A stretch of 64,000 bases of DNA from Eledone cirrhosa (GCA_964016885.1 OZ024765.1:5580001-5644000), one strand, 5' to 3'. Counted from the stretch's first letter, positions 16,501 through 29,276 are shown. The notes: generated from the letters alone by a model not told the origin. Numbers and translations are program-made.

Positions 16501-18502
16501 CTTGTGTTTTCCTATCCCTGTCTTTGTGTTTTCCTATCCCTGTCTTTGTGTTTTCCTATCCCTGTCTTTGTGTTTTCCCATCCCTGTCTTTGTGTTTTCC
16601 CATCCCTGTCTTTGTGTTTTCCTATCCCTGTCTTTGTGTTTTCCTATCCCTGTCTTTGTGTTTTCCTATCCCTGTCTTTGTGTTTTCCTATCCCTGTCTT
16701 TGTGTTTTCCTATCCCTGTCTTTGTGTTTTCCTATCCCTGTCTTTGTGTTTTCCTATCCCTGTCTTTGTGTTTTCCTATCCCTGTCTTTGTGTTTTCCTA
16801 TCCCTGTCTTTGTGTTTTCCCATCCCTGTCTTTGTGTTTTCCCATCCCTGTCTTTGTGTTTTCCTATCCCTGTCTTTGTGTTTTCCTATCCCTGTCTTTG
16901 TGTTTTCCCATCCCTGTCTTTGTGTTTTCCTATCCCTGTCTTTGTGTTTTCCTATCCCTGTCTTTGTGTTTTCCTATCCCTGTCTTTGTGTTTTCCTATC
17001 CCTGTCTTTGTGTTTTCCTAGCCCTGTCTTTGTGTTTTCCTATCCCTGTCTTTGTGTTTTCCCATCCCTGTCTTTGTGTTTTCCTATCCCTGTCTTTGTG
17101 TTTTCCTATCCCTGTCTTTATGTTTTCCTATCCCTGTCTTTGTGTTTTCCCATCCCTGTCTTTGTGTTTTCCCATCCCTGTCTTTGTGTTTTCCTATCCC
17201 TGTCTTTGTGTTTTCCTATCCCTGTCTTTGTGTTTTCCTATCCCTGTCTTTGTGTTTTCCTATCCCTGTCTTTGTGTTTTCCCATCCCTGTCTTTGTGTT
17301 TTCCTATCCCTGTCTTTGTTTTCCTATCCCTGTCTTTGTGTTTTCCTATCCCTGTCTTTGTGTTTTCCCATCCCTGTCTTTGTGTTTTCCCATCCCTGTC
17401 TTTGTGTTTTCCTATCCCTGTCTTTGTTTTCCTATCCCTGTCTTTGTGTTTTCCTATCCCTGTCTTTATGTTTTCCTATCCCTGTCTTTGTGTTTTCCTA
17501 TCCCTGTCTTTGTGTTTTCCCATCCCTGTCTTTGTGTTTTCCTATCCCTGTCTTTGTTTTCCTATCCCTGTCTTTGTGTTTTCCTATCCCTGTCTTTGTG
17601 TTTTCCCATCCCTGTCTTTGTGTTTTCCCATCCCTGTCTTTGTGTTTTCCTATCCCTGTCTTTGTGTTTTCCTATCCCTGTCTTTATGTTTTCCTATCCC
17701 TGTCTTTGTGTTTTCCTATCCCTGTCTTTGTGTTTTCCCATCCCTGTCTTTGTGTTTTCCTATCCCTGTCTTTGTTTTCCTATCCCTGTCTTTGTGTTTT
17801 CCTATCCCTGTCTTTGTGTTTTCCCATCCCTGTCTTTGTGTTTTCCCATCCCTGTCTTTGTGTTTTCCTATCCCTGTCTTTGTGTTTTCCTATCCCTGTC
17901 TTTATGTTTTCCTATCCCTGTCTTTGTGTTTTCCTATCCCTGTCTTTGTGTTTTCCCATCCCTGTCTTTGTGTTTTCCTATCCCTGTCTTTGTGTTTTCC
18001 TATCCCTGTCTTTGTGTTTTCCTATCCCTGTCTTTGTGTTTTCCTATCCCTGTCTTTGTGTTTTCCTATCCCTGTCTTTGTGTTTTCCTATCCCTGTCTT
18101 TGTGTTTTCCTATCCCTGTCTTTGTGTTTTCCTATCCCTGTCTTTGTGTTTTCCTATCCCTGTCTTTGTGTTTTCCTATCCCTGTCTTTGTGTTTTCCTA
18201 TCCCTGTCTTTATGTTTTCCTATCCCTGTCTTTGTGTTTTCCTATCCCTGTCTTTGTGTTTTCCCATCCCTGTCTTTGTGTTTTCCTATCCCTGTCTTTG
18301 TGTTTTCCTATCCCTGTCTTTGTGTTTTCCTATCCCTGTCTTTGTGTTTTCCTATCCCTGTCTTTGTGTTTTCCCATCCCTGTCTTTGTGTTTTCCTATC
18401 CCTGTCTTTGTGTTTTCCTATCCCTGTCTTTGTGTTTTCCTATCCCTGTCTTTGTGTTTTCCTATCCCTGTCTTTGTGTTTTCCCATCCCTGTCTTTGTG
18501 TT
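16501..18502. repeat. 22-bp minisatellite (CCTATCCCTGTCTTTGTGTTTT), about 90 copies
   Basis: direct inspection. Confidence 0.97.
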
Positions 18503-18853
18503 ATTTCTTCAACTGTATATAGTCATCATCATTATCATTATCAACATCGGGGTTTAATGTCCACTTTCCCTGCTAGGAAGGGTTGGATGGGTCCATACAG
18601 ACCACGTCAGTACTGAAGGGGAGGCACTGAACTCCCCAGGAAGGCCAGGGAGTTGTCTCCCATCGACTGCTCAGGAGAGGTTGTCATGTCTCTGACACAA
18701 CTGAGGGTCCTCACAACCCTTTCTCTAGCGAGATTTCTACAGCTGAAAATCCCTTCTTATCCCCAACTACTTTACAGAGTGTACTGGGTGTGTGTATTGT
18801 GTAGATCACCAACACTAGAGAGGTTGTCATTTCCTTGACATGACTGAAGGGAT

Positions 18854-18897
<44 letters not shown>

Positions 18898-19084
18898 GTA
18901 GGTCCCGGGTTGAGTCGGGGATAACCACAGTAAGTAAGGTACTCAATACATGGCAGAGTAAACATTTTTTTATTTTATAGAAGGAGCTTCTACAGGACTA
19001 GTACTGTTTCATTCAGATGAAATCTTCAGGAAGCTTCCTGAAGATTTCATCTGAATGAAACAGTACTAGTCCTGTAGAAGCTCC

Positions 19085-19119
<35 letters not shown>

Positions 19120-19510
19120 AGAAAAAAAGAGAATCAGTGTTTAAGTGTTGCGACGAATGGAATTTATTGGACATATTACAATAGTTTCTCTGGCGAGCAA
19201 CTCGAGACAAGATCGATGTGGTGATTGAACCTGACTCTGAAAATCGCAAGGTCCTCAGATGCGTCTTGATTCTACGAACCAGATTTTCCCATGTCCTTTT
19301 AGATTGATATCCTTCGCCTGTCGGCTTAGATCCTGTTGCTGTCATTCTATGAGTGGTCAAGAACTGCACATGTCATCGTTATTTCTAGCCATTCATGGTT
19401 GTCCACTATTTGTTCTTTTCCTTCTCCACCTGTCAATCAAATTTGTTTCTTAGATTGGAATGACTACTGTAGTAGGTAAGGGGTTATATGCTTGTACTGC
19501 ATACAACAAT

Positions 19511-19589
<79 letters not shown>

Positions 19590-19669
19590 TAAAATAACAG
19601 ATTAAAGTTTAAGCAAAGAATCGCTCTTTGGATTTTAGTCTTCAAATTTATTATTATTACTATATATAT

Positions 19670-20433
19670 GGAGGCACATGGCTTAGTGGTTAGAGCATTG
19701 GCCTTGCAATCGGAAGGTTGTGAGTTCAATTCTCACACCGGGTGATGTGTTGTTTCCTTGAGCAAGGCACTTTATTTCACATTACTCCAGTTTACTCAGC
19801 TGTAAAAATGAGATGATAGGGACCCCAGTCCCTATCATTCCACTGCAAAGTGGTTGTATAGGTGCCATGGCAAAAAAGCACCCAGCACTCACTGCGAAGT
19901 GGTCATGGAGGTGCCACGGCACAAAAGCACCCAGCACTCCCTGTAAATGAGGTTGGTATTAGGAAGGGCATCCAGCTGTAGAAATGAGATGATAGGGACT
20001 GGGGTCTCTATCATTCCACTACAAAGTGGACGTGGAGGTGTTACGGCACAAAAGCACCCAGCACTCCCTGTAAATGAGGTTGGTGTTAGGAAGGGCATCC
20101 AGCTGTAGAAATGAGATGATAGGGACTGGGGTCTCTATCATTCCACTACAAAGTGGACGTGGAGGTGTCACGGCACAAAAGCACCCAGCACTCCCTGTAA
20201 ATGAGGTTGGTATTAGGAAGGGCATCCAGCTGTAGAAATGAGATGATAGGGACTGGGGTCCCTATCATTCCACTGCAAAGTGGACGTGGAGGTGTCACGG
20301 CACAAAAGCACCCAGCACTCCCTGTAAATGAGGTTGGTGTTAGGAAGGGCATCCAGCTGTAGAAATCGAGCCAGAATCAGTTCCTGTCCCACCCTTGCAA
20401 GCAGGGAAAAGTGGACGTAAAATGAAATGATGA
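19670..20433 (+). mobile_element. same SINE with internal 127-bp tandem amplification
   Basis: head at 19670; unit recurs at 19974, 20101, 20228, 20355. Confidence 0.85.
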
Positions 20434-20561
20434 TATATATATGTATATGTATGTAGAATAGATATTTAATTTGTTGGAAATCCAAGTTGACTTTCCAGGA
20501 ATAACTTGAACCATTAAGGTATATTATCCTTGGTTATGTCAAATATTTATAAAACACTTTG

Positions 20562-20623
20562 TATTTTATCTGATGAAAGCGTACCAAAATGTTTGGTACC
20601 CTTGAAATATATATAATAGAATA
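20562..20623 (+). ncRNA. type I hammerhead ribozyme motif
   Basis: tattttat-CTGATGA-aagcgtaccaaa/tttggtaccctt-GAAA-T(ATAT)A-TA^atagaata. Confidence 0.78.
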
Positions 20624-20667
20624 AATATGGTTTTATAAATATAGTTTCCATTTATTTAATATCATTG

Positions 20668-20711
<44 letters not shown>

Positions 20712-21415
20712 ATGTGTGTGTGTGTGTGTATATATATATAAATATATGTATACATATGCATATACGTATATATACATACATATATATGTATATATATATG
20801 TATATACATATATATGCATATATATATACATGCATATATATACATGCATATATATATACATATACATACATATGTATATATATACATTCTTATATATATA
20901 CATATATATGTGTTACGCAATTCATATATACATATATATATATGCATATATATATGCATATATATATGCATATATATATGCATATATATACATATATATG
21001 TATATATATATATATATACATGCTTATATATATATACATATATATGTATATATATATATACATGCTTATATATATACATATATATCTATGTATGCATTTA
21101 TATATATAAATAAATATATATAATCATCATCATTGATGATTATATATATTTATTTATATATATATATATATGTGTGTGTGTATGTATAGTGGTCATGTAG
21201 GTGTCACAAGAAAAAGGTCCCAGTCCACACTGTAATGTGGTTGGTGTTAGGAAGGGCATTAAACCATAGAAATCTAGCCAGAAACAGTTCTATATGAGCA
21301 AGACGTGGTCATCTGGCTTTGACTTGCCTCAAATAGGACAATCCGTCTTACCCATACCAGTGAGGAAAATGGACGTTAAACGATGATGAAGATATATATG
21401 TATATATATATAATA

Positions 21416-22600
21416 TCTATATATATAAAACTGAGGATGTCTGTCTGTGTGTGTGTGAGTTTGAATCCCTAAAACTCGAGAAGCACACAACGGACTGTTT
21501 TCAAACTTTACACATGAAATACTTATGTTTCAGGGAGTGTTCTGAGCAAAAAAAAATTTTTAATTTTCAATGCCCTAGGGACCGCATTAGGCGATTTAAT
21601 GATCGCGCTCTGTAATTCTTAGTCTTTCTCCTTTTAGATAGATACATACATATAACGTCGCGCCCTTATAATATCTGTCTGTATGTCTGCATTACTGAGG
21701 ATGTCTGTCTGTGTGTGTCCTATGAGTTTGAATCCCTAAAACTCGAGAAGTACCCAACCGATGTTTTTCAAACTTTACATGTGTATTACTTATGTTTCAG
21801 GGAGTGTTATGCACATAAAAATTAAACTTTTTTTTTATCTCCTAGGTGAAAAACTGCGTTTTTTAAGAATTTTAGGGGTTTTTTGAGGCATTACATCAGA
21901 CCGATTTCCTTGAAATTGTAACTATGTATTAATCAGTCTCTTCTTCATACTGTGAGCAAAGAAATCCAACTTTCTTATGGCCTAGGGCCCGCATTAGGTG
22001 AAAAAATGAAAATTTTTTTTTTTTCGAGGCTGGAATAATGAAAAAAAATTTTTTTCGAGACAGAAAAAATGAAAAAAAGTTTTTTTCATTTTTTAAGGCA
22101 GGAAAATTGAAAAAAATGAAAAAAAGTTTTTTTTTCATGGCTAGCCTAGTCTAACCTAGCCTAGCCTAGCCTAAACCTAGCCTAGCCTAGCCTAAACCTA
22201 GCATAGCCTAGCCTAAACCTAGCATAGCCTAGCCTAAACCTAGCCTAGCCTAAACCTAGCATAGCCTAGCCTAAACCTAGCATAGCCTAGCCTAAACCTA
22301 GCCTAGCCTAGCCTAAACCTAGCCTAGCCTAGCCTAAACTTAGCCTAGCCTAGCCTAAACCTAGCATAGCCTAGCCTAAACCTAGCATAGCCTAGCCTAA
22401 TGAAAAACATTTTTTTCATTTTTCTAGGCTGGAATAATGAAAAAAAATTTTTTTAGAGACAGAATAAATGAAAAAAAAAATTTTTTTTATGGCTAGCCTA
22501 GTTTAGCTTAGCCTAAACCTAGCCTAGCCTAGCCTAGCCTAAACCTTGCCTAGCCTAGCCAGGCCTAATGAAAAATTTTTTTTTCATTTTTCTAGGCTAT
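21416..22600 (+). mobile_element. Helitron-like non-autonomous element (5' part) with (CCTAG/CCTAA)n array
   Basis: TCTATATATATAAAActgaggatgtctgtctg start, internal duplication at about 21694, pentamer array 22141-22570; no clear 3' end. Confidence 0.5.
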
Positions 22601-22612
22601 ATATATATATAT

Positions 22613-23052
22613 GGAGGCACATGGCTTAGTGGTTAGAGCATTGGTGATAGAAATGAGATGATAGGGACTGGGGTCCCTATCATTCCATGGCAAAAAAGCA
22701 CCCAGCACTCACTGCAAAGTGGACGTGGAGGTGCCACGGCAAAAAAGCACCCAGCCCACACTGTAAAGTGGTTGTGGAGGTGCCACAGCAAAAAGGCACC
22801 CAGCCCACACTGTAAAGTGGTCGTGGAGGTGCCACGGCAAAAAGGCACCCAGCCCAGCCCACACTGCAAAGTGGTCGTGGAGGTGCCACTGCAAAAAGGC
22901 ACCCAGCCCACACTGTAAAGCGGTCGGGTAGGTGCAAAAAAGCACCCAGCACTCACTGTAAATGAGGTTGGTGTAGAAATCAAGCCAGAATCGGTTCCCG
23001 TCCCACCCTTGCAAGCAGGGAAAAAACGCACGTAAAATGATGATGATGATGA
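22613..23052 (+). mobile_element. internally deleted copy of the CORE-type SINE with expanded ~47-bp module
   Basis: head ggaggcacatggcttagtgg, core missing, 5-6 cactgtaaagtgg modules, RTE tail. Confidence 0.78.
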
Positions 23053-23267
23053 TATAAACATATATATATAACAATGCAGAGGGAAATCTCGAGGTAGGAA
23101 GTGAATAATAGATAGGAGAAACAGGAGAAAGTGAAAATTGAGAGAGACAAAGATGAAAACAAAACAAAGGTAGAAGGGTTACCGTAGTGGAGATTTTTTA
23201 TAAATATATATATATAAGTGAATCTAAGGTGGGGGACTGATTGTCAACAGTATCTTTTGCATTTGCA

Positions 23268-23299
<32 letters not shown>

Positions 23300-23456
23300 C
23301 TATGTCCATGCCTACATTGCTTGGCTTTACAAGTTCAAACGTTTATACCTCATTACACAATGCTTCAAGTGAACTATAACTTCACCCTCATATATATTTA
23401 TGTATATATATATATATGTGTATACATATATATATATATTTATGTATATATATATA

Positions 23457-24332
23457 TAGGTGACCGAATTAGCAACGGAGGTGGGTGCTCAGAAAGTACA
23501 ATAACTAGGGTAAGAACGGGATGGAAGAAGTTTAGGGAACTACTACCACTGCTAGCTGCAAAAGGCTTCTCCCTCAGAATGAAAGGCAGACTGTATGATG
23601 CGTGTATCCGAACAGCGATGTTGCATGGTAGTGAGACCTGGGCGCTGAAGGTGGAAGACTTACGTAGATTAGAGAGAAACGAAGCCTGCATGCTCCGATG
23701 GATGTGTAACAGTAATATACGTGAACGACAAAGCATAAAGGAATTGAGAGAGAGACTGAGCATAAGAGGAATCAAATGCTGCGTGCAGGAGAGGCGGTTA
23801 CGCTGGTATGGACATGTGATGCGTATGAAGGATGACAGCTGCATAAAAAGGTGCAGAGCACTAGAAGTTGATGGAAACCGCGGAGTGGGGAGACCCAAGA
23901 TGACTTGGGATGAGGTGATAAAAGCCGACCTTACCCAACTACACCTCTCAAAGTCAATGACACACGACCGTGACTTCTGGCGTCACGCAGTAATACAGGG
24001 TACCCGACCTCCCATGGGTACATGCTGAAGCATATAAACAATATGCCCCCACACCCCCCACCGCAAGGTGGTCGTGGAGGTGCCACGGCAAAAAAGCACC
24101 CAGCCCACACTGTAAAGTGGACGTGTAGGCGCCACGAAAAAGCACCCAGCACTCACTGTAAATGAGGTTGGTGTTAGGAAGGGCATCCAGCTGTAGAAAT
24201 CAAGCCAGATCAGTTCCTGTATGAGCAAGGCATGGTCAGCCGACCAGACACTGCCCACAACAGGACAACCCGTCTAACCCATGCTAGCGTGGAAGAACGG
24301 ACGTAAAACGGTGATGATGATGATGATGATGA
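23457..24332 (+). mobile_element. 5'-truncated RTE LINE with long SINE-like 3' UTR
   Basis: GDRISNGGGC...MLHGSETW...RLRWYGHV ORF followed by the cactgtaaagtgg module, AGGAAGGGCATCC box and (GAT)n tail. Confidence 0.88.
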
Positions 24333-24354
24333 TGTGTATACATATATATATGTG

Positions 24355-24388
<34 letters not shown>

Positions 24389-24771
24389 TGTAGTAGGCAT
24401 CTCTAACAAAATACACCCCCGTCCCACCACCCCCACCCTATCCACACCGCCCCTTTCAATGTAAAGTTATGTTGGTGCCACAAAATCCAGGCCGAAACAA
24501 ATGAGATCGTGTAGGTGTCACGAAAAAAAAAAACACACAGTCCACGCTGTAATGTGACCGTGTAGGCAACACGGTAAAAACCTCCCAGCCCCACACTGTA
24601 AATGTGGTTGGTGTTAGGAAGGGCATCCAACTGTAGAAAACCCGCCAGACAGTCCTATGCGAGCAAGACAACCACGCTTGCCTCAAGTGGGAAAACTCCC
24701 GTCCAAACCCATGCAAGCATGGAACACGGACGTTAAACGATGATGATGATGATGATGATATATATATATAA

Positions 24772-24822
<51 letters not shown>

Positions 24823-24829
24823 CTATATA

Positions 24830-25721
24830 CAGGGTGCGGACGATATTTGTTCGCAAGATTACTGTCTAGGAAAAAATAACACAGTAGTTTTATTTCTTAA
24901 GATATATTTATCAAACTTGGGTCAGTTTGTCTTCATGACTTGTTCTTTCGATCTCACTCGATAAACCCGCCATTAGCTTTGATGACGGCCTCAAGACGGC
25001 CTCGGAACCGGCTACAGGCCTTCGTCACTGTCCCCCAACTTAGGCCCCTAAAGGCACTTGTGATCCTGGCCTTCAGATCGTCTTTCGTATTGCAGCTAGA
25101 TCTGTTGGTGTCTCGTTCCACTGCGCCCCACACAAAGATGTTGAGGGGGTTGCAGTCAGGCAAGCTGGGGTGCGAGATGTCAGGCGAAGTGTGGTCAACG
25201 AAGTTCTCTGACAGCCAGGCTTGGGTCTTTCAGCTGGTATGGCAGGGCGCTGAGTCTTGCTGCCACACGTACAGCCTACCTGCAGCTACCTGGTAAATCC
25301 AGGGCTTTACTACCTCACTCAGAACGCGGATGTAGCCATCAGTGTTCAGCTTGAGGCCCTCAGGGAAGAAGTGAGGTGGCATGACGTCACCTTGACTGCT
25401 GACGACACCTAAGACCAATGTTGTCACTGGAAACTTTGTCTGCATGACTCTGGGCACGTCTTTGGATGAGACAGCGAGCCACCTGTTGTTCTGGGAGTTG
25501 ATCTTCTGGTCTTATTTGTCCTCCCGGCGCGGATTCCAAGAAGAACTCCGTGTCTCTTCCACAAATTTGGAGGTTCAAAATTATTCATAATCAATTATTC
25601 TGGAAATAAATAATGGAAATATCGTCACTGTTTTTATGAAGACAAGAGTGACAACGGAAGTAAAAAAACATTGCATAAAAATAGCAGTTGAAAATTGCGA
25701 ACAAATATCGTCCACACCCTG
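24830..25721 (-). mobile_element. internally deleted Tc1/mariner transposon, DD37D (maT-like)
   Basis: TA-flanked TIRs CAGGGTGcGGACGATATTTGTTCGCAA / TTGCGAACAAATATCGTCCaCACCCTG; WQQDSAPCHTS*...PDCNPLN with 37 residues between the catalytic positions; stop codon and D>N change. Confidence 0.88.
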
Positions 25722-26021
25722 TATATACACACAAACCTATATATATATATACATACCTATATATATATTGTATAACATGTAATTCACTTGATGTTAGCAA
25801 ATGAAATCATTGTGTGTAGGGGTCAGTGACCTGTTGATTTGCCCTAGTAAATATTGTTGTGGACAGATTTAACTAACAATGATGAATTTGTGTACTTGTT
25901 TCACCCCTGGTCAGTCCTTAGCCAACCATGCATATTATCGGCCTTTTATTCAGACATAGTGCCTCCAGGACTTCATTATCTGACGTGTCTTTCTTTGTTG
26001 CTGGTGTTTAGCCCCAGGCCA

Positions 26022-27760
26022 GCAGTTTTGGTGCTGGTGGTGGTTGTGGGAGTAGTGGTGATAGTTTTGGTGCTGGTTGTGATTGTGGTAGTAGTGGTGG
26101 TGGTGGTGGTAGTGGTGATAGTTTTGGTGCTGGTGGTGATTGTGGTAGTAGTGGTGGTGGTGGTGGTGGTGATGGTAGTAGTGGTGATAGTTTTGGTGCT
26201 GGTGGTGGTTGTGGTAGTAGTGGTGATAGTTTTGGTGCTGGTGGTGATTGTGGTAGTAGTGGTGGTGGTGGTGGTAGTGGTGATAGTTTTGGTGCTGGTG
26301 GTGATTGTGGTAGTAGTGGTGGTGGTGGTGGTGGTGATGGTAGTAGTGGTGATAGTTTTGGTGCTGGTGGTGGTTGTGGTAGTAGTGGTGATAGTTTTGG
26401 TGCTGGTGGTGATTGTGGTAGTAGTGGTGGTGGTGGTGGTAGTGGTGATAGTTTTGGTGCTGGTGGTGATTGTGGTAGTAGTGGTGGTGGTGGTGGTGGT
26501 GATGGTAGTAGTGGTGATAGTTTTGGTGCTGGTGGCGATAGTTTTGGTGCTGGTGATGGTAGTGGTGGTGCTGGTGGTGGTTGTGGTAGTAGTGGTGATA
26601 GTTTTGGTGCTGGTGGTGATTGTGGTAGTAGTGGTGGTGGTGGTGGTAGTGGTGATAGTTTTGGTGCTGGTGGTGATTGTGGTAGTAGTGGTGGTGGTGG
26701 TGATGGTAGTAGTGGTGATAGTTTTGGTGCTGGTGGCGATAGTTTTGGTGCTGGTGATGGTAGTGGTGGTGCTGGTGGTGGTTGTGGTAGTAGTGGTGAT
26801 AGTTTTGGTGCTGGTGGTGATTGTGGTAGTAGTGGTGGTGGTGGTGGTAGTGGTGATAGTTTTGGTGCTGGTGGTGATTGTGGTAGTAGTGGTGGTGGTG
26901 GTGATGGTAGTAGTGGTGATAGTTTTGGTGCTGGTGGCGATAGTTTTGGTGCTGGTGATGGTAGTGGTGGTGCTGGTGGTGGTGGTGGTAGTAGTAGTGA
27001 TAGTTTTGGTGCTGGTGATGGTTGTGGTATTAGTGGTGTTGGTGGTGGTGGTGGTGGTGGTGGTGGTAGTAGTAGTGGTGCTGGTGGTGATTTTGGTAGT
27101 AGTGGTGATGGTGGTGGTTGTGGTAGTGATAGTTTTGGTGCTGGTGATGGTTGTGGTAGTAGTGGTGACAATTTTGGTGCTGGTGATGGTTGTGGTAGTA
27201 GTGGTGACAATTTTGGTGCTGGTGATGGTTGTGGTAGTAGTGGTGACAATTTTGGTGCTGGTGATGGTTGTAGTAGTAGTGGTGACAATTTTGGTGCTGG
27301 TGATGGTTGTAGTAGTAGTGGTGACAATTTTGGTGCTGGTGATGGTTGTAGTAGTAGTGGTGACAATTTTGGTGCTGGTGATGGTTGTGGTAGTAGTGGT
27401 GACAATTTTGGTGCTGGTGATGGTTGTGGTAGTAGTGGTGACAATTTTGGTGCTGGTGATGGTTGTGGTAGTAGTGGTGACAATTTTGGTGCTGGTGATG
27501 GTTGTGGTAGTAGTGGTGACAATTTTGGTGCTGGTGATGGTTGTGGTAGTAGTGGTGACAATTTTGGTGCTGGTGATGGTTGTGGTAGTAGTGGTGACAA
27601 TTTTGGTGCTGGTGATGGTTGTGGTAGTAGTGGTGACAATTTTGGTGCTGGTGATGGTTGTAGTAGTAGTGGTGACAATTTTGGTGCTGGTGATGGTTGT
27701 GGTAGTAGTGGTGACAATTTTGGTGCTGGTGATGGTTGTGGTAGTAGTGGTGGTGGTGTT
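26022..27760. repeat. (GGT)-derived minisatellite, 39-bp unit in distal part
   Basis: unit ggtgatggttgtggtagtagtggtgacaattttggtgct. Confidence 0.93.
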
Positions 27761-28015
27761 TTTGTGGAAGACCAGCAGTTGTCCATACATACCAGTCTCT
27801 CCTCTCTCTTCATGCCACCGATGTTGTCCAGAGTGATGTAACAACTCATATATACAACATATATACAACATATATATATATATATATATATAGGAGGTGA
27901 GTTTTATTGTAGTACAATAAAGCAATGCAGATATCGGATAAGAAGCACTCTACAGTTTGTAGGACTGGAGTATACATAATATATAAGATCAAAAGATGGT
28001 TAAATGAGTTCCATG

Positions 28016-28086
28016 TATTTTATTATGCGCATTTCAAAAACAAAAATCATCATGCAATAACATTTGTGTTTTCATCAGATAAAATA
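28016..28086 (-). ncRNA. type I hammerhead ribozyme motif (mirror copy in palindrome)
   Basis: exact reverse complement of 28207-28277. Confidence 0.78.
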
Positions 28087-28206
28087 GGAAGACATGATAT
28101 GAAGGTTAAAACACACTTGTGAATAGTGCAGTTTTAAATCAACATATATGTTGATTTAAAACTGCACTATTCACAAGTGTGTTTTAACCTTCATATCATG
28201 TCTTCC

Positions 28207-28277
28207 TATTTTATCTGATGAAAACACAAATGTTATTGCATGATGATTTTTGTTTTTGAAATGCGCATAATAAAATA
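28207..28277 (+). ncRNA. type I hammerhead ribozyme motif
   Basis: tattttat-CTGATGA-aaacacaaa...tttttgttttt-GAAA-T(GCGC)A-TA^ataaaata; perfect 8-bp helix I, palindromic loop III TGCGCA. Confidence 0.8.
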
Positions 28278-28310
28278 CATGGAACTCATTTAACCATCTT
28301 TTGATCTTAT

Positions 28311-28643
28311 GGCTTAGTGGTTAGAGCATTGGCCTTGCAATCGAAAGGTTGTGAGTTCAATTCTCAGACCGGGTGATGTGTTGTTTCCTTGAGCAAGACA
28401 CTTTATTTCACATTGCTCCAGTTTACTCAGCTGTAGAAATGAGATGATAGGGACTGGGGTCCCTATCATTCCACTGCAAAGTGGACGTGTAGGCACCACG
28501 GCAAAAAAGCACCCAACACTCACTGTAAATGAGGTTGGTGTTAGGAAGGGCATCCAGCTGTAGAAATCAAGCCAGAATCAGTTCCCGTCCCACCCTTGCA
28601 AGCAGGGAAAAGCGGACGTAAAATGAAATGATGATGATGATGA
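28311..28643 (+). mobile_element. CORE-type SINE
   Basis: near identical to 11632-11982; abuts the end of the 328-bp palindrome. Confidence 0.85.
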
Positions 28644-29199
28644 TATGAAATAGTAAGTTAGATTGAAGTCAATATTGCAGCATATGTATAAACTTTATTG
28701 GCATATTACAATCGTTTTTATATCGATCAGCGAAAGGTACAATTGTAATGACCAAGGACTAACTCTTGACAACTCATCATATATGTGAGTTTATATGTGC
28801 AAAAACACATTTAAATGGATTATAATTGTACCCAGAACTAATCGATATTGAAGTGATTGTAATATGCCAATAAAGTTTCTACATATGCTACAACAGTGAC
28901 TTCAATTCTACTTTCTTTACACTTTGCACACTACAGCTGACTTAACTCTGGAACACAACCCAACAGAGGACTGACCTCATAACAGCTTTCAGTGCTTCAG
29001 ACATTGTAATGCCTATAATTGTAGTTATTTATCGAACTACTGTGTATGCGTGCATATATACATATATGTGTATATATATATATATATATATAGGAACAAG
29101 TATGGGGTCATACTTGTTCCTATTACCCACTCTACTACCCTAAGTATTGAGTACTTTGGTGCGTTATGGTCCACCTGGTTCCTTACCACATTTCCTTTG

Positions 29200-29276
<77 letters not shown>

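Noticed and set aside
16383-18616. 500-700 aa hydrophobic ORFs
   Set aside because: The 22-bp unit cycles through all three frames giving the same peptide, so this is a repeat artefact
19013-19369. ORF resembling a GIY-YIG endonuclease (RRIKTHLR)
   Set aside because: No GIY/YIG motifs; overlaps a non-coding hammerhead-like region and a TA tract
22141-22570. Interstitial telomere
   Set aside because: Units are CCTAG/CCTAA pentamer variants inside a transposon-like element, not the TTAGGG expected for molluscs
25854-27925. 600+ aa mucin-like (Thr), extensin-like (Pro) or poly-Val ORFs
   Set aside because: GGT-derived minisatellite lacking stops in most frames; no signal peptide or convincing splice sites; start regions run through (TA)n
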